A DNA stretch of 64,000 nt from an uncultured Actinomycetes bacterium (GTDB taxonomy: Bacteria; Actinomycetota; UBA4738; HRBIN12). How positions within the stretch are numbered: position 1 is the first letter of the stretch; the number at the start of each line of letters is the position of its first letter. The position numbers were made by a program, and so were the translations under genes. The stretch spans positions 251,670 through 315,669 of the forward strand of contig CAVPLL010000010.1 in assembly GCA_963706005.1 (NCBI GenBank), written 5' to 3'. This document shows, in pieces, positions 1 to 8,398 of the stretch. The notes under the pieces are model-generated. The model was not told the origin of the DNA. It worked only from the letters and a program-made list of their open reading frames with translations, and searched no databases.

Positions 1-1121
1 GCCGTGTAGCGCCGGTGGGGCGCGACGATCGTTCGTGCCGTCATCTGGTTCGTCGTGATCGTTCCGGTCTTGTCTGAGCAGATGACCGTCGTCGACCCGA
101 GCGTCTCGACGGACTCGAGTCGGCGGACGAGCGCCCCGCTGTGCGCCATGCGCGTCGCGCTCATCGCGAGCGAGAGCGAGAGCGTCGGCAGGAGTCCCTC
201 GGGCACGAGGGCGACGATCACGCCGACCGAGAACAGGAAGCCGTCACGCACCGGCATCCCGAGCGCGAGCGCGACGCCGAAGAAGGCCACGCCCGTCCCC
301 ACGGCGAACAGCGCGATCACGCGGACCGCGCGGTTCAGCTGCTGCCGCAGGGGTGTCGGTCGGCGGACGACCTGTCCCGTCAACGTCGTGATGCCACCGA
401 GGCGGGTCCGCGCGCCTGTGGTCACGACGACGGCCGTGCCCGAGCCCGAGACCACGAAGGTCCCCGCGAACACGACGTTGGGGGCCTCGAGCGGGTCTCG
501 GGGCGTGTGGGCGATCGGCTCGGAGAAGCGCGGGATCGGTTCGGACTCGCCGGTCAGGGTGGACATGTCGACCTTGAGCTCCGAGGACCGGATCACGCGG
601 GCGTCGGCGGAGATCCGGTCGCCCTCCTTGAGCAGGACGACGTCGCCGGGGACGAGCTCCGAGGCGGGCACCGTCCGCTTGAGGCCGGCCCGGCGCACGA
701 CGACCGTCTCCGGGAGCAGTGCCGACAGGGCCCGGACCGCCCGCTCGGCCCGGTATTCCTGGAGGAAGCTGAAGGCGCCGTTCACGACGATCACGACGAC
801 GATCGCGACGCCCAGCGCGGGCATACCGCCGACGAACGCCAGCCCGGCCGCGACCCAGAGCATGAGAGCGAAGAAGTGGACGAGCTGTCCGGCGAACTGC
901 CTCGGCAGGCTCGGCCCGTGCGGTTTCGGTAGCTCGTTCGGCCCGGCGATCTCCAGTCGCGCCGCCGCGTCCTCGACCGACAGACCCTCCCGGGAGGAAT
1001 GCAGCATCTGGAGCGCGTCCGCCCAGCCGAGCGCGGTCGCGCGGAGCAGGGCGTCGCCCTTCGTGGAGCGGCCGGCGTCGGTGAGCCCGCCGTCCCCCGG
1101 CGTCCGTCGAGCTGTCGCCAT
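1..1121 (-). CDS. P-type (P2-like Mg/Ca-type) cation-transporting ATPase, N-terminal ~373 aa; remainder lies beyond the window start
   Basis: Not in the ORF track because it runs off the edge. My reverse translation from ATG 1121..1119 (GGAGG upstream) gives MATARRTPGDGG... with TGES (MSTLTGESEP), PEGL (ALVPEGLLP) and the DKTGT phosphorylation motif (ICSDKTGTITTNQM). The + ORFs 55..1146 and 141..932 are its antisense shadows. Confidence 0.9.
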   Translation of the reverse strand, partial: MATARRTPGDGGLTDAGRSTKGDALLRATALGWADALQMLHSSREGLSVEDAAARLEIAGPNELPKPHGPSLPRQFAGQLVHFFALMLWVAAGLAFVGGMPALGVAIVVVIVVNGAFSFLQEYRAERAVRALSALLPETVVVRRAGLKRTVPASELVPGDVVLLKEGDRISADARVIRSSELKVDMSTLTGESEPIPRFSEPIAHTPRDPLEAPNVVFAGTFVVSGSGTAVVVTTGARTRLGGITTLTGQVVRRPTPLRQQLNRAVRVIALFAVGTGVAFFGVALALGMPVRDGFLFSVGVIVALVPEGLLPTLSLSLAMSATRMAHSGALVRRLESVETLGSTTVICSDKTGTITTNQMTARTIVAPHRRYT

Positions 1122-1214
1122 CACGGGCCTCCTGCTACGACGGTAGGCAGATACCCGGGACGGGCTCGGGTCGCACGGCCTCAGCAGAGCGGGGCGTTCG
1201 GCGCTCGCAGCCTG

Positions 1215-1943
1215 CTACGGCTGGGTCTTGAACAGCAGGCGCCAGGTGAGCGGCCCGAAGTTGCCGTCCGCCTGGCTCGCGAGACGCGGCTCCGACGCCT
1301 CGAACGCCTCCACGGCGGCGCGGGTGTCGGGACCGTAGATGCCGTCGATGTCGCCGGGGTGAAAGCCGAGCAGCGCGAGCTGCTCCTGCGCGGCGCGCAC
1401 CCGATCCGACTCCTCGCCGTACCACGGGTACGGCTTGGGCTCGCCCTTGCCGAGCTCCTGCTTCGCCCGCTGGGTGTGTGCGCGCGCGTCCTCCGGCGTC
1501 CCGAGGAACTCGTAGTGCATCGGGTCCTTGATGCTCTGGTACCAGCCGCCCCAGAAGAAGCCGTAGCTCCACCACAGGGTCGGCATCCACAGCGCCATGT
1601 CGCTCACGAACTCCTCGCGGTACGGGTTCGACGGCGCGTTGATGTCGATCGCCAGGCCCCACGAGTGGTTCGAGGGCACGCTCGTCCCCCGGATGGCGCG
1701 GCAGGCGAACCCCCAGGTCTGCCCGTCCTTGACGTCGTAGCCGCGGCGTTCGCTCTCGTCGATCAGGAGCGCGACCAACTGGGAGATCGCCCCGTTGATG
1801 GGGATGCTCAGGCCGTCCTCGCGACTCAGCGTCACCAGCCGGTCCTGCTGGCACTTCGGCCACCCGTTGCCCCACCCACGGGCGCTCGCGCTCGTGCGGC
1901 TCACGCTCGGAGGCTGTGGGTACTCGCGGAGCTCGGGTGACAC
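1215..1943 (-). CDS. M15 (VanY-like) D-Ala-D-Ala peptidase with C-terminal peptidoglycan-binding domain; no signal peptide
   Basis: HSWGLAIDIN and DPMHYEF metal-ligand motifs. C-terminal PG_binding_1-like LALLGFHPGDIDGIYGPDTRAAVEAFE. GTG 1943 is preceded by GGAGGGAG (7-nt spacer). The longer track ORF start (2033) is Arg-rich junk. Confidence 0.8.
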   Translation of the reverse strand: MSPELREYPQPPSVSRTSASARGWGNGWPKCQQDRLVTLSREDGLSIPINGAISQLVALLIDESERRGYDVKDGQTWGFACRAIRGTSVPSNHSWGLAIDINAPSNPYREEFVSDMALWMPTLWWSYGFFWGGWYQSIKDPMHYEFLGTPEDARAHTQRAKQELGKGEPKPYPWYGEESDRVRAAQEQLALLGFHPGDIDGIYGPDTRAAVEAFEASEPRLASQADGNFGPLTWRLLFKTQP

Positions 1944-2085
1944 TAGTTCGCTCCCTCCGTCGTCGGCTCCTCGCGCTCGAGATCCTCGGGTGGCTCGACG
2001 TGGCGGTCGGGGTCGAACGGTTCGAGGTCCCACGGCCCGTGTTCGACGCGGTCGCGAGGCTTCCGCGCCTCGTCCGGCCCGCCGC

Positions 2086-3102
2086 TCACGTCGTCCCCTC
2101 GACGAGGTCGGGGACGTCGAGCACGGCGGCCGAACGGAACTCCCGCACGTAACGGTCGAAGTCCCATCCCTTCAGGAACTCGTTCGCGGCCTTTCGGCCG
2201 CTCTTGAAGAGCAGGTTCTGGATCTTCTCGTCGATGTCGAACGCGGTCGCCCGCACCCCGAACGTGTCGACGAACATCGTCCTCGCGAGCGTCGACGGAT
2301 CGTCGATGTGGATCTGGTCGTGGAAGCTCGTCATCGTCCCGACCATCGCCAGTGCCAGGCTGAACGTCCCGTGCACGTCGTACTTCTGTCGCTGCGCGGC
2401 ATCGGGCTTGGCCGACAGCTTGATCCCGAACGTCGGCCATCGTGGCGGCTGCCCATCCGTGCGATCGAAGACCTCGATCGGGAAGTTCGAGAGCATCCCG
2501 CCGTCGACCATGTACGAGACCTGCTCCTTGCCGTCCGGGTCGCGGCTCGTGAACCGGACCGGCTCGTAGAAGAACGGGATCGACATCGAGGCGCGTACGG
2601 CGTCCGCGACCGACTGCTCGTCGGGGTCCAGGCCGTACTGCGGGTAGTCCCAGGGCAGCCGGACGAGGCGGGCCCGCGTGACGTCGGAGGTCATCACGAC
2701 CAGGCGGTAGGCCTTCTCGGGCGGCAGCGAGCCCTCCGGGTCGTCGATCCGCAGGTCGGCGAACGTGTGCACGCCGAGCGTCGCCAGTCGTTCGGTCAGC
2801 CAGTCGCGCAGGTAGTTCCCCTCGTAGATCCCCTTCTCGAACAGCAGGGAGGCGCCCTTGCCCACCAGCCCCAGATGGTCGAGGAACCCCTTGTCCTCGA
2901 ACCGTCCGTAGTCGATCTCGCGCATCACCCGCTCGAGCTCGGTGGGGGACATGCCACCCGCGATGAGCGCCCCGACGATCGCGCCGGCCGAGGTCCCGGC
3001 GATCCGGTGGAACGAGTAGCCGGCGGCATCGAGCGCCGTGTAGGCGCCCACGAGCCCGACGCCCTTGACCCCGCCGCCCTCGAGGACGAGGTCAGCGTCC
3101 AC
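2086..3102 (-). CDS. Patatin-like phospholipase
   Basis: GGGVKG oxyanion motif, GTSAG nucleophile elbow and DGG catalytic Asp (SYMVDGGMLSNFP). GTG start at 3102 overlaps the stop of the upstream ORF by 11 nt. The track ORF 2086..3486 has a spurious N-terminal extension. Confidence 0.85.
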   Translation of the reverse strand: MDADLVLEGGGVKGVGLVGAYTALDAAGYSFHRIAGTSAGAIVGALIAGGMSPTELERVMREIDYGRFEDKGFLDHLGLVGKGASLLFEKGIYEGNYLRDWLTERLATLGVHTFADLRIDDPEGSLPPEKAYRLVVMTSDVTRARLVRLPWDYPQYGLDPDEQSVADAVRASMSIPFFYEPVRFTSRDPDGKEQVSYMVDGGMLSNFPIEVFDRTDGQPPRWPTFGIKLSAKPDAAQRQKYDVHGTFSLALAMVGTMTSFHDQIHIDDPSTLARTMFVDTFGVRATAFDIDEKIQNLLFKSGRKAANEFLKGWDFDRYVREFRSAAVLDVPDLVEGTT

Positions 3103-3718
3103 CGTTGCTCCGCTCGGGGATGACGACCGGTTCCGCTCGACGGGACGGATCGGGGGGGACGGTCGACAGGCCGAACTCGGACGACAGCCTCTCCCACTGG
3201 CGCTCGCCGATCGTCGGCGATTCCTTCGCGTACCGGTCCATCCGTTGACGGACGCTGTCGAGGTCCCGATCGGGTTGACCGCGGGCCTCTCGAGGGAGCG
3301 CGAGCTTCGTGGCCATGTCGCGCCGCAGGGACTCGTACCGCAGAGCGGCGATGCGATGGCCCTCAGCACGGGTCGCGTACCGCAGGAACGTCTGCAGGCT
3401 CGACAGGACGGCCGCGAGCACGCCGATCGTGCCGACGATCGCGAGCACCACATCCGGATCGACCCCGAGGAACCGGATCTGGTCACTGTTCGCTCTGCTG
3501 ATCGACGCGAACGCGCTCGTGCCGATGAGGGTGGTCAAGATCACGACGGGGATCCCGAGCAGCAGATGACGGCGACGCAGCCGATCCGCCATCAGCCGAT
3601 GCCCGTGCTCGGCGGCCGCGACGCGCCGGTGCCAGGACTCGTACAGGTCCTCGATGGAGTCGTCCCAGACGATCTTGAGAGCGGTGTCGCGGGCCCGTCG
3701 TGTTGGGGTCGTTGCCAA
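3092..3718 (-). CDS. SLATT-like two-transmembrane effector-domain protein (family call tentative)
   Basis: TTG start with GGAGGA 6 nt upstream. His-rich helix AAEHGHRLMADRLRRRH, then TM hairpin LLLGIPVVILTTLIGTSAF / VLAIVGTIGVLAAVLSSL, then QTFLRYATRAEGHRIAALRYESLRRDM. This layout recalls SLATT domains. High GC3. Confidence 0.55.
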   Translation of the reverse strand: MATTPTRRARDTALKIVWDDSIEDLYESWHRRVAAAEHGHRLMADRLRRRHLLLGIPVVILTTLIGTSAFASISRANSDQIRFLGVDPDVVLAIVGTIGVLAAVLSSLQTFLRYATRAEGHRIAALRYESLRRDMATKLALPREARGQPDRDLDSVRQRMDRYAKESPTIGERQWERLSSEFGLSTVPPDPSRRAEPVVIPERSNGGR

Positions 3719-3901
3719 GCCGGTCCTCCTTCGGACCCCACATCGTGACGGGCCGGAGCCCTGGGCGCGATGGGGCGTTCGGGTGACCGATGGAACCGCG
3801 TTCGGACTACGGCACCGCGACCAGCGGCCTCGGCTACGGCGGCGACGCGGCGGCGTACGGGACTCGGAAGAACCCGAACACGGTCGGGCCGGCGGGGAAG
3901 C

Positions 3902-4531
3902 TCAGCGACGTTGCGTCCTGGCCCAGGGGTTCGCCAGGCTGAGCGACAGCGTGACGTGATCGTCCCGCGGGCGGTTCGGGTCGTACAGGTGCAGCGTGAG
4001 GGCGGTCCCCGCCAGGTCGTAGCCGTACGCGAGCACCTGGTGGTTGCGTTTCAGCTCGAACGGGTCCGAGGACTTCACGCGGATCAGCCCGATCGCGGCC
4101 GGGTGGCCGGCGTCGAGCTCGGCGCGGATCGCCGGCCACTCCTGCTTGACCATCCGCCATGCGCGACCGTGCGGGGCAACCCCGAGACGGCTCCACACCG
4201 TCTCGCCGTCCGAGAGCAGCGGACTCATCAGCTCCAGGTACCGGGCCGGCCCCAGCGGGAGGTCGAAGCTGTCGAACAGCCGGTCCACGAGGTAGTCGAA
4301 CAGCTCCCCTTCGGCAGGCGGCTCGGTGTCGTCAGGTGGTGGGCGTTCGGCCTCGAAGTAGTCCCGCGCGGCGAAGGCCATGCCGCCGCACAGGCCGTTC
4401 GACGCGTCCCCGATCGGGACGCTCACCACCCCCGGGATCCCGATCCTTCGGACCGGGACGTGCGGGAACGCGTTCGCGAACGCGAACCCGGAGGTGCTGG
4501 GCAGGAAGCCCGGGACCATGCGCGTCGTCAT
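3902..4531 (-). CDS. Predicted papain-fold (C39-like/BtrH-like) cysteine peptidase
   Basis: Candidate catalytic Cys in NGLCGGMAFAARDYF and His/Asp in NHQVLAYGYD...LYDPN. No signal peptide. Family assignment is from motif spacing only. Confidence 0.45.
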   Translation of the reverse strand: MTTRMVPGFLPSTSGFAFANAFPHVPVRRIGIPGVVSVPIGDASNGLCGGMAFAARDYFEAERPPPDDTEPPAEGELFDYLVDRLFDSFDLPLGPARYLELMSPLLSDGETVWSRLGVAPHGRAWRMVKQEWPAIRAELDAGHPAAIGLIRVKSSDPFELKRNHQVLAYGYDLAGTALTLHLYDPNRPRDDHVTLSLSLANPWARTQRR

Positions 4532-4540
4532 CGGCGCCGG

Positions 4541-4546
4541 ACGGTA
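4541..4546 (-). promoter_or_regulatory. Putative -10 box TACCGT, 9 nt upstream of ATG 4531 (leaderless-type)
   Basis: TAnnnT hexamer with no SD between it and the start codon. Confidence 0.35.
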
Positions 4547-4600
4547 CGAGCGCGGCCGACCGGGCGGCAGTCGGCCGACCGGGCTACGGCACGGGCGGTC

Positions 4601-5206
4601 CTAGGGTGCCGCGACCAGACCCCGGAGCTCGACGACGGCCCGCTCGAGCTCGTCGACCATCCGGTTGGGGAAGCCTCGGAAGGCCTCCACCAACGCCGTG
4701 TAGTACCAGAGCGTCCCGGCCTTGTGGCCGTTGAAGCGCTCGAACACCGGATCGCCGACCTCCCGCACGTCGGCCACGATCGCGCGCGTGTTGTGGAGCT
4801 TGTCCGCGAGGGAGACGCGCAAGGCGGGTCCGTCGCCACCGCGCTCGACCAGTTCCCGCACGTGCGTGACGTAGGCCTCCTTGCGCTCGCGCCACGGTGG
4901 TTTCGGGTCGGCGTAGCTGTCGGTGCACACGTCGACGATGTGCCCCACCTGCTCGCCGAACCGCTCCCGGATGTCGTCGAGGCGCGCCCGGCCGCCCTGG
5001 TCCTCGGCGGCATCGTGCAGGAGCGCCCCGATCACCTCGTCCTCGCGCTCCGCCCCGTTCTCTAGCACCAACGACGCGACCCCGAGCAGGTGCGTGACGT
5101 ACGGGATGCCGGTGCCCTTGCGGGTCTGGTTCGCGTGGATGCGATTGGCGTACGCGACGGCGTGCTCGAAGGACTCGGTCAGTCGGAACGTCGGCCGATC
5201 GCTCAC
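4601..5206 (-). CDS. HD-domain protein, RelA/SpoT-hydrolase-like (small alarmone hydrolase type)
   Basis: IPYVTHLLGVASLV...GALLHDAAED (H...HD signature), followed by ADKLHN. About 200 aa stand-alone. Confidence 0.75.
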   Translation of the reverse strand: MSDRPTFRLTESFEHAVAYANRIHANQTRKGTGIPYVTHLLGVASLVLENGAEREDEVIGALLHDAAEDQGGRARLDDIRERFGEQVGHIVDVCTDSYADPKPPWRERKEAYVTHVRELVERGGDGPALRVSLADKLHNTRAIVADVREVGDPVFERFNGHKAGTLWYYTALVEAFRGFPNRMVDELERAVVELRGLVAAP

Positions 5207-5212
5207 GATGGA

Positions 5213-5218
5213 ACGCTA
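5213..5218 (-). promoter_or_regulatory. Putative -10 box TAGCGT, 6 nt upstream of GTG 5206 (leaderless-type)
   Basis: TAnnnT-N6-GTG geometry immediately after the bcp stop. Confidence 0.35.
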
Positions 5219-5224
5219 CCGGAC

Positions 5225-5680
5225 TCAGGAGAGCGCGGCGAGGGCGTTCGGGACCGTCTCCTCGGGCGTGACCGGTGACCATGCGCCCGCGATGCGCCCC
5301 TCCTCGTCCACCAGGAACGACGACCGGATGAGGCCGACCGAGGTCCGTCCGTCGCGGACCTTCTCCCCCCACGCACCCCAGGCGTCGGCGGTCGCGTGGT
5401 CCGGATCCGAGAGCAAGGGGAATCCGAGGTGGAACTTGACATCGAACGCGAGCTGCTTGTCGGGCAGGTCGGGCGAGATCCCGACGACGTCCGTGCCGAT
5501 CCCCGCGAGATCGCGCCGGTGATCGCGGAGATCGCACGACTGCACCGTGCAACCGGGGGTGTCGGCCTCCGGGTAGAAGTAGACGAGCAGCTTCTTGCCC
5601 CGGTAGTCCTCGAGCCGGACGGTCTCGCCGTGCTGGTCGAGGAGGGCGAACGGCGGTGCGGGGTCGCCGTGCGTGAGCAT
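5225..5680 (-). CDS. bcp: Thiol peroxidase / peroxiredoxin Bcp
   Basis: LLVYFYPEADTPGCTVQSC (peroxidatic and resolving Cys), 151 aa. ATG 5680 sits 3 nt after the upstream stop. The track ORF 5225..6385 is a read-through chimera. Confidence 0.9.
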   Translation of the reverse strand: MLTHGDPAPPFALLDQHGETVRLEDYRGKKLLVYFYPEADTPGCTVQSCDLRDHRRDLAGIGTDVVGISPDLPDKQLAFDVKFHLGFPLLSDPDHATADAWGAWGEKVRDGRTSVGLIRSSFLVDEEGRIAGAWSPVTPEETVPNALAALS

Positions 5681-5682
5681 GG

Positions 5683-6385
5683 TCACCGCCTCACCGTACC
5701 GCGAGCGGCTCCGGTGACGCGATCGTCGATCTCCCAGGCGTGATCGAGGACGTGCCACGCCACGCGGCGGACGAAGGAGCGTGGCAGCCATCGCTTGCCT
5801 CCCCTGGGGCCGGTGGCCGGGACGCCCTCCCGCACGGCGAGCTCGAGCGCTTCCAGCACCGCCGCGCGCGTCCGGTCGAGCGCGTCCGCTTCTTGGGCCG
5901 GGCTCGACCTTCCACGCCAGCCGACGGAGGTAGCCCCCGTCCGCGTCGACCACGTGGTCGACGATCGTGCCGAGGTCGCGTCCGCCGCCGCGCGGGCCCG
6001 TGGCGAGCACCGCGCCGCGAGCGGCCTCCACGCTGGCGTCGAACGACCGCCAGCACGCCCGCAGGATCGTTCGGAGGCTCTGCAGCTCGGCGTCGGTGAT
6101 GCGCCGACCATCGGCCCGCGGCGCGATGGACGGGGCGCCGAAGTCGGTGGTGGCGTCGCCCTTCAGACGCTCGACCACGGCGAACGCCGACGCGTCGGCC
6201 GGCGCCTCGAACCCGAGCCGGGTCCCCCGCAGGACCCGGGCGTACCGGGCTCCGTAGGCGCACAGCGTCTCGAGCGCCGCGTCGGCGTCGCGGGCCGTGC
6301 GGCACCAGCCCGGCCACTCGACGGCGCCCGCGAAGGTGCGCTTGGCCCCGGTCTCCAGGTACGTCTCGATCCTGGGTGGCACCAT
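5683..6385 (-). pseudogene. DinB-like protein, split by one frameshift near 5893-5905
   Basis: N-terminal part MVPPRIETYLETGAKRTFAGAVEWPGW...DHVVDADGGYLRRLAWKV is in the frame of ORF 5225..6385. C-terminal part EADALDRTRAAVLEALELAVREG...HVLDHAWEIDDR is in the frame of ORF 5683..6111. Confidence 0.6.
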
Positions 6386-6465
6386 GAGAGGGTAGCGGCG
6401 GAGGTACGGTAACGAGGCCCGCGCCGCCGGGAACCCGGCCGGTTCCGAGCATTGGGTCGACGTCG

Positions 6466-8385
6466 GTGGAACCGTTCGGTAGCCTGCGCGGTCTCGCAGA
6501 CAGGGGGAAGGTCACGGCGACAACTCGACGACGATCCGCGGCGCCCGCGACCGCTTCGGCGATCGTCGTCACGGTCCTCCTGTTGGCTGCTCCCGCATCC
6601 GCGGGCGGCGGAGACGGAGACGCCGGCTCGTCCGGGGACGCCGGGACGCCTGGTGCGGTGATCCTGGCGCAGCCCGCCGGGGCGCTGCCGGGCATCGACG
6701 TCTCGCACCATCAGGGCTCGATCGACTGGTCGCAGGTCGGCGGTTCCGGGACGCGCTTCGCGATCGCCAAGGCCACGGAGGGCCGGACCTACGTCGATCC
6801 GATGTATACGACGAACAGGACCGGCGCGGAGATGGCGGGGCTCGCGTTCGGTGCCTACCACTTCGCTCGTCCCGACGACACGCCCGATGACGCCGTCGTC
6901 GAGGCCGACCACTTCGTCGACGTGGCGCAGCTCGAACCCGGCAACCTGATCCCGGTGCTCGACATCGAGCGGACCGGCGGGCTCTCGCAGGCGCAGGTGA
7001 CCCAGTGGATCCTCACGTGGTTGGACCGGGTCACCGAACGCCTCGGTGTACGGCCGATGGTCTACACGAGCCCGAACGGCTGGCAGACCCGCACCGGCGA
7101 CACGACGGCCGTCGTCGATGCCGGCTACACGACCCTGTGGGTCGCGCACTGGGGTGTGTCCGCCCCCACGGTGCCGGCGGCGGACTGGGGCGGGAACGGA
7201 TGGACCTTCTGGCAGTACGGCGACTGCGGGGCCGTCCCCGGGATCGACGGGTGCGTGGACGTGGACTGGTACGAAACCGGTTCGTTCGACCCGGTCACGA
7301 TCCCGACGCCCGATGCGACGCCCCCGTCGGCCGCGTTCGCGCTCCCGGCCACCCTGGACGAACCCGTGACCGTCACGTTCAGCGAGATCGTGCACCAGGT
7401 CACGCCGGACAACACGTTCGTCTGGGTCCCGAGCGCGGGGACGTACCCCGAGGTCGACCTGACCTGCAGCTCGGGCAAGGGAGCGCCCGTCGATTGCGTG
7501 TCGGGCAACGTCCGGACCGCGTTGGTGCAACCGCGCGATCCGCTCGTCCTCGGCGAGACGTACGAGGCGGTCGTCAACCCGGCGATCGCGCCGGTGCTGG
7601 TCGTCGATCGCAGCGGGAATCCGGCGTCGACCACCACGCAGGCGTTCGCGACCCCCACCGAGGTCGAACAGGACGGCTCGGCCGTCGGCTACGCCTGGCG
7701 GAACGCGTCGAACGCTCGCGCGCGCGGTGGGTCGTACGCGGTCGAGCACCGCGCGGGTGCGACGGCCTCGTGGGACTTCTCGGGATCCTCGGTCACCTGG
7801 TACACGGCGGCGGGGCCGGCCCAGGGCAAGGCCGCGGTCTCGATCGACGGCACGTCGCGCGGCACGTTCGACCAGTACGCGTCGCGCGTCGGGTTCGGCG
7901 TCGCCCGGACGTTCGACGGGCTCGGGGCCGGGCCGCACACGATCACGGTGCAGGTGCTCGGCCGCGGTCGCGCGAGCGCCACCGACACCCAGGTCGCGGT
8001 GGATGCCTTCCGCGTGAGTGGTCACCTCGTCGCGAACCCGGAGCTCCGGGCGACGTGGGGCAACGTGCAGAAGGAGCGCGCGTCCGGAGGGAGCCTCAGC
8101 TCGAGCGATCTCGCCCGCTCGAGCGCCCAGCTGACGTTCAGCGGCATCGGCGTCGACTGGGTCACCTACCGGGGCCCCGACCAGGGCCGTGCCGAGATCT
8201 ACCTCGACGGGTTGCTCGTCCGGACCGTCGACAACTACGCGGCCGCACCGACGTTCGACGTGCGGCGGTCGCTCACGGGTCTTCCGGACGGCGTGCACAC
8301 GTTGCGGATCGTGGTCCTGTCGGAGGCCAGACCGGCGGCGAAGGGCGCGCTCGTCTCGATCGACCGTTTCGCGATCGTCCCCTAA
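6466..8385 (+). CDS. Secreted GH25 muramidase with a long C-terminal extension containing two repeated beta-sandwich-like modules
   Basis: Signal peptide with TRRRSAAPA...APASA. GIDVSHHQGSIDW, FAIAKATEG and VLDIE GH25 motifs. C-terminal repeats: ...SWDFSGSSVTWYTAAGPAQGKAAVSIDG...HTITVQVLG and ...QLTFSGIGVDWVTYRGPDQGRAEIYLDG...HTLRIVVLS. Confidence 0.85.
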   Translation: MEPFGSLRGLADRGKVTATTRRRSAAPATASAIVVTVLLLAAPASAGGGDGDAGSSGDAGTPGAVILAQPAGALPGIDVSHHQGSIDWSQVGGSGTRFAIAKATEGRTYVDPMYTTNRTGAEMAGLAFGAYHFARPDDTPDDAVVEADHFVDVAQLEPGNLIPVLDIERTGGLSQAQVTQWILTWLDRVTERLGVRPMVYTSPNGWQTRTGDTTAVVDAGYTTLWVAHWGVSAPTVPAADWGGNGWTFWQYGDCGAVPGIDGCVDVDWYETGSFDPVTIPTPDATPPSAAFALPATLDEPVTVTFSEIVHQVTPDNTFVWVPSAGTYPEVDLTCSSGKGAPVDCVSGNVRTALVQPRDPLVLGETYEAVVNPAIAPVLVVDRSGNPASTTTQAFATPTEVEQDGSAVGYAWRNASNARARGGSYAVEHRAGATASWDFSGSSVTWYTAAGPAQGKAAVSIDGTSRGTFDQYASRVGFGVARTFDGLGAGPHTITVQVLGRGRASATDTQVAVDAFRVSGHLVANPELRATWGNVQKERASGGSLSSSDLARSSAQLTFSGIGVDWVTYRGPDQGRAEIYLDGLLVRTVDNYAAAPTFDVRRSLTGLPDGVHTLRIVVLSEARPAAKGALVSIDRFAIVP

Positions 8386-8398
8386 CCGGTCGCTCCGT

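Noticed and set aside
55-1146. Track ORFs 55..1146 (+, 363 aa) and 141..932 (+, 263 aa)
   Set aside because: They are Arg/Ser/Pro/Thr-rich low-complexity translations. The opposite strand encodes an unmistakable P-type ATPase (TGES, PEGL, DKTGT). They are antisense shadows typical of GC-rich DNA.
6163-8298. 711-aa minus-strand ORF opposite the GH25 gene
   Set aside because: It has Arg/Gly/Pro-dominated composition and no motifs. The + strand has a signal peptide and GH25 catalytic motifs.
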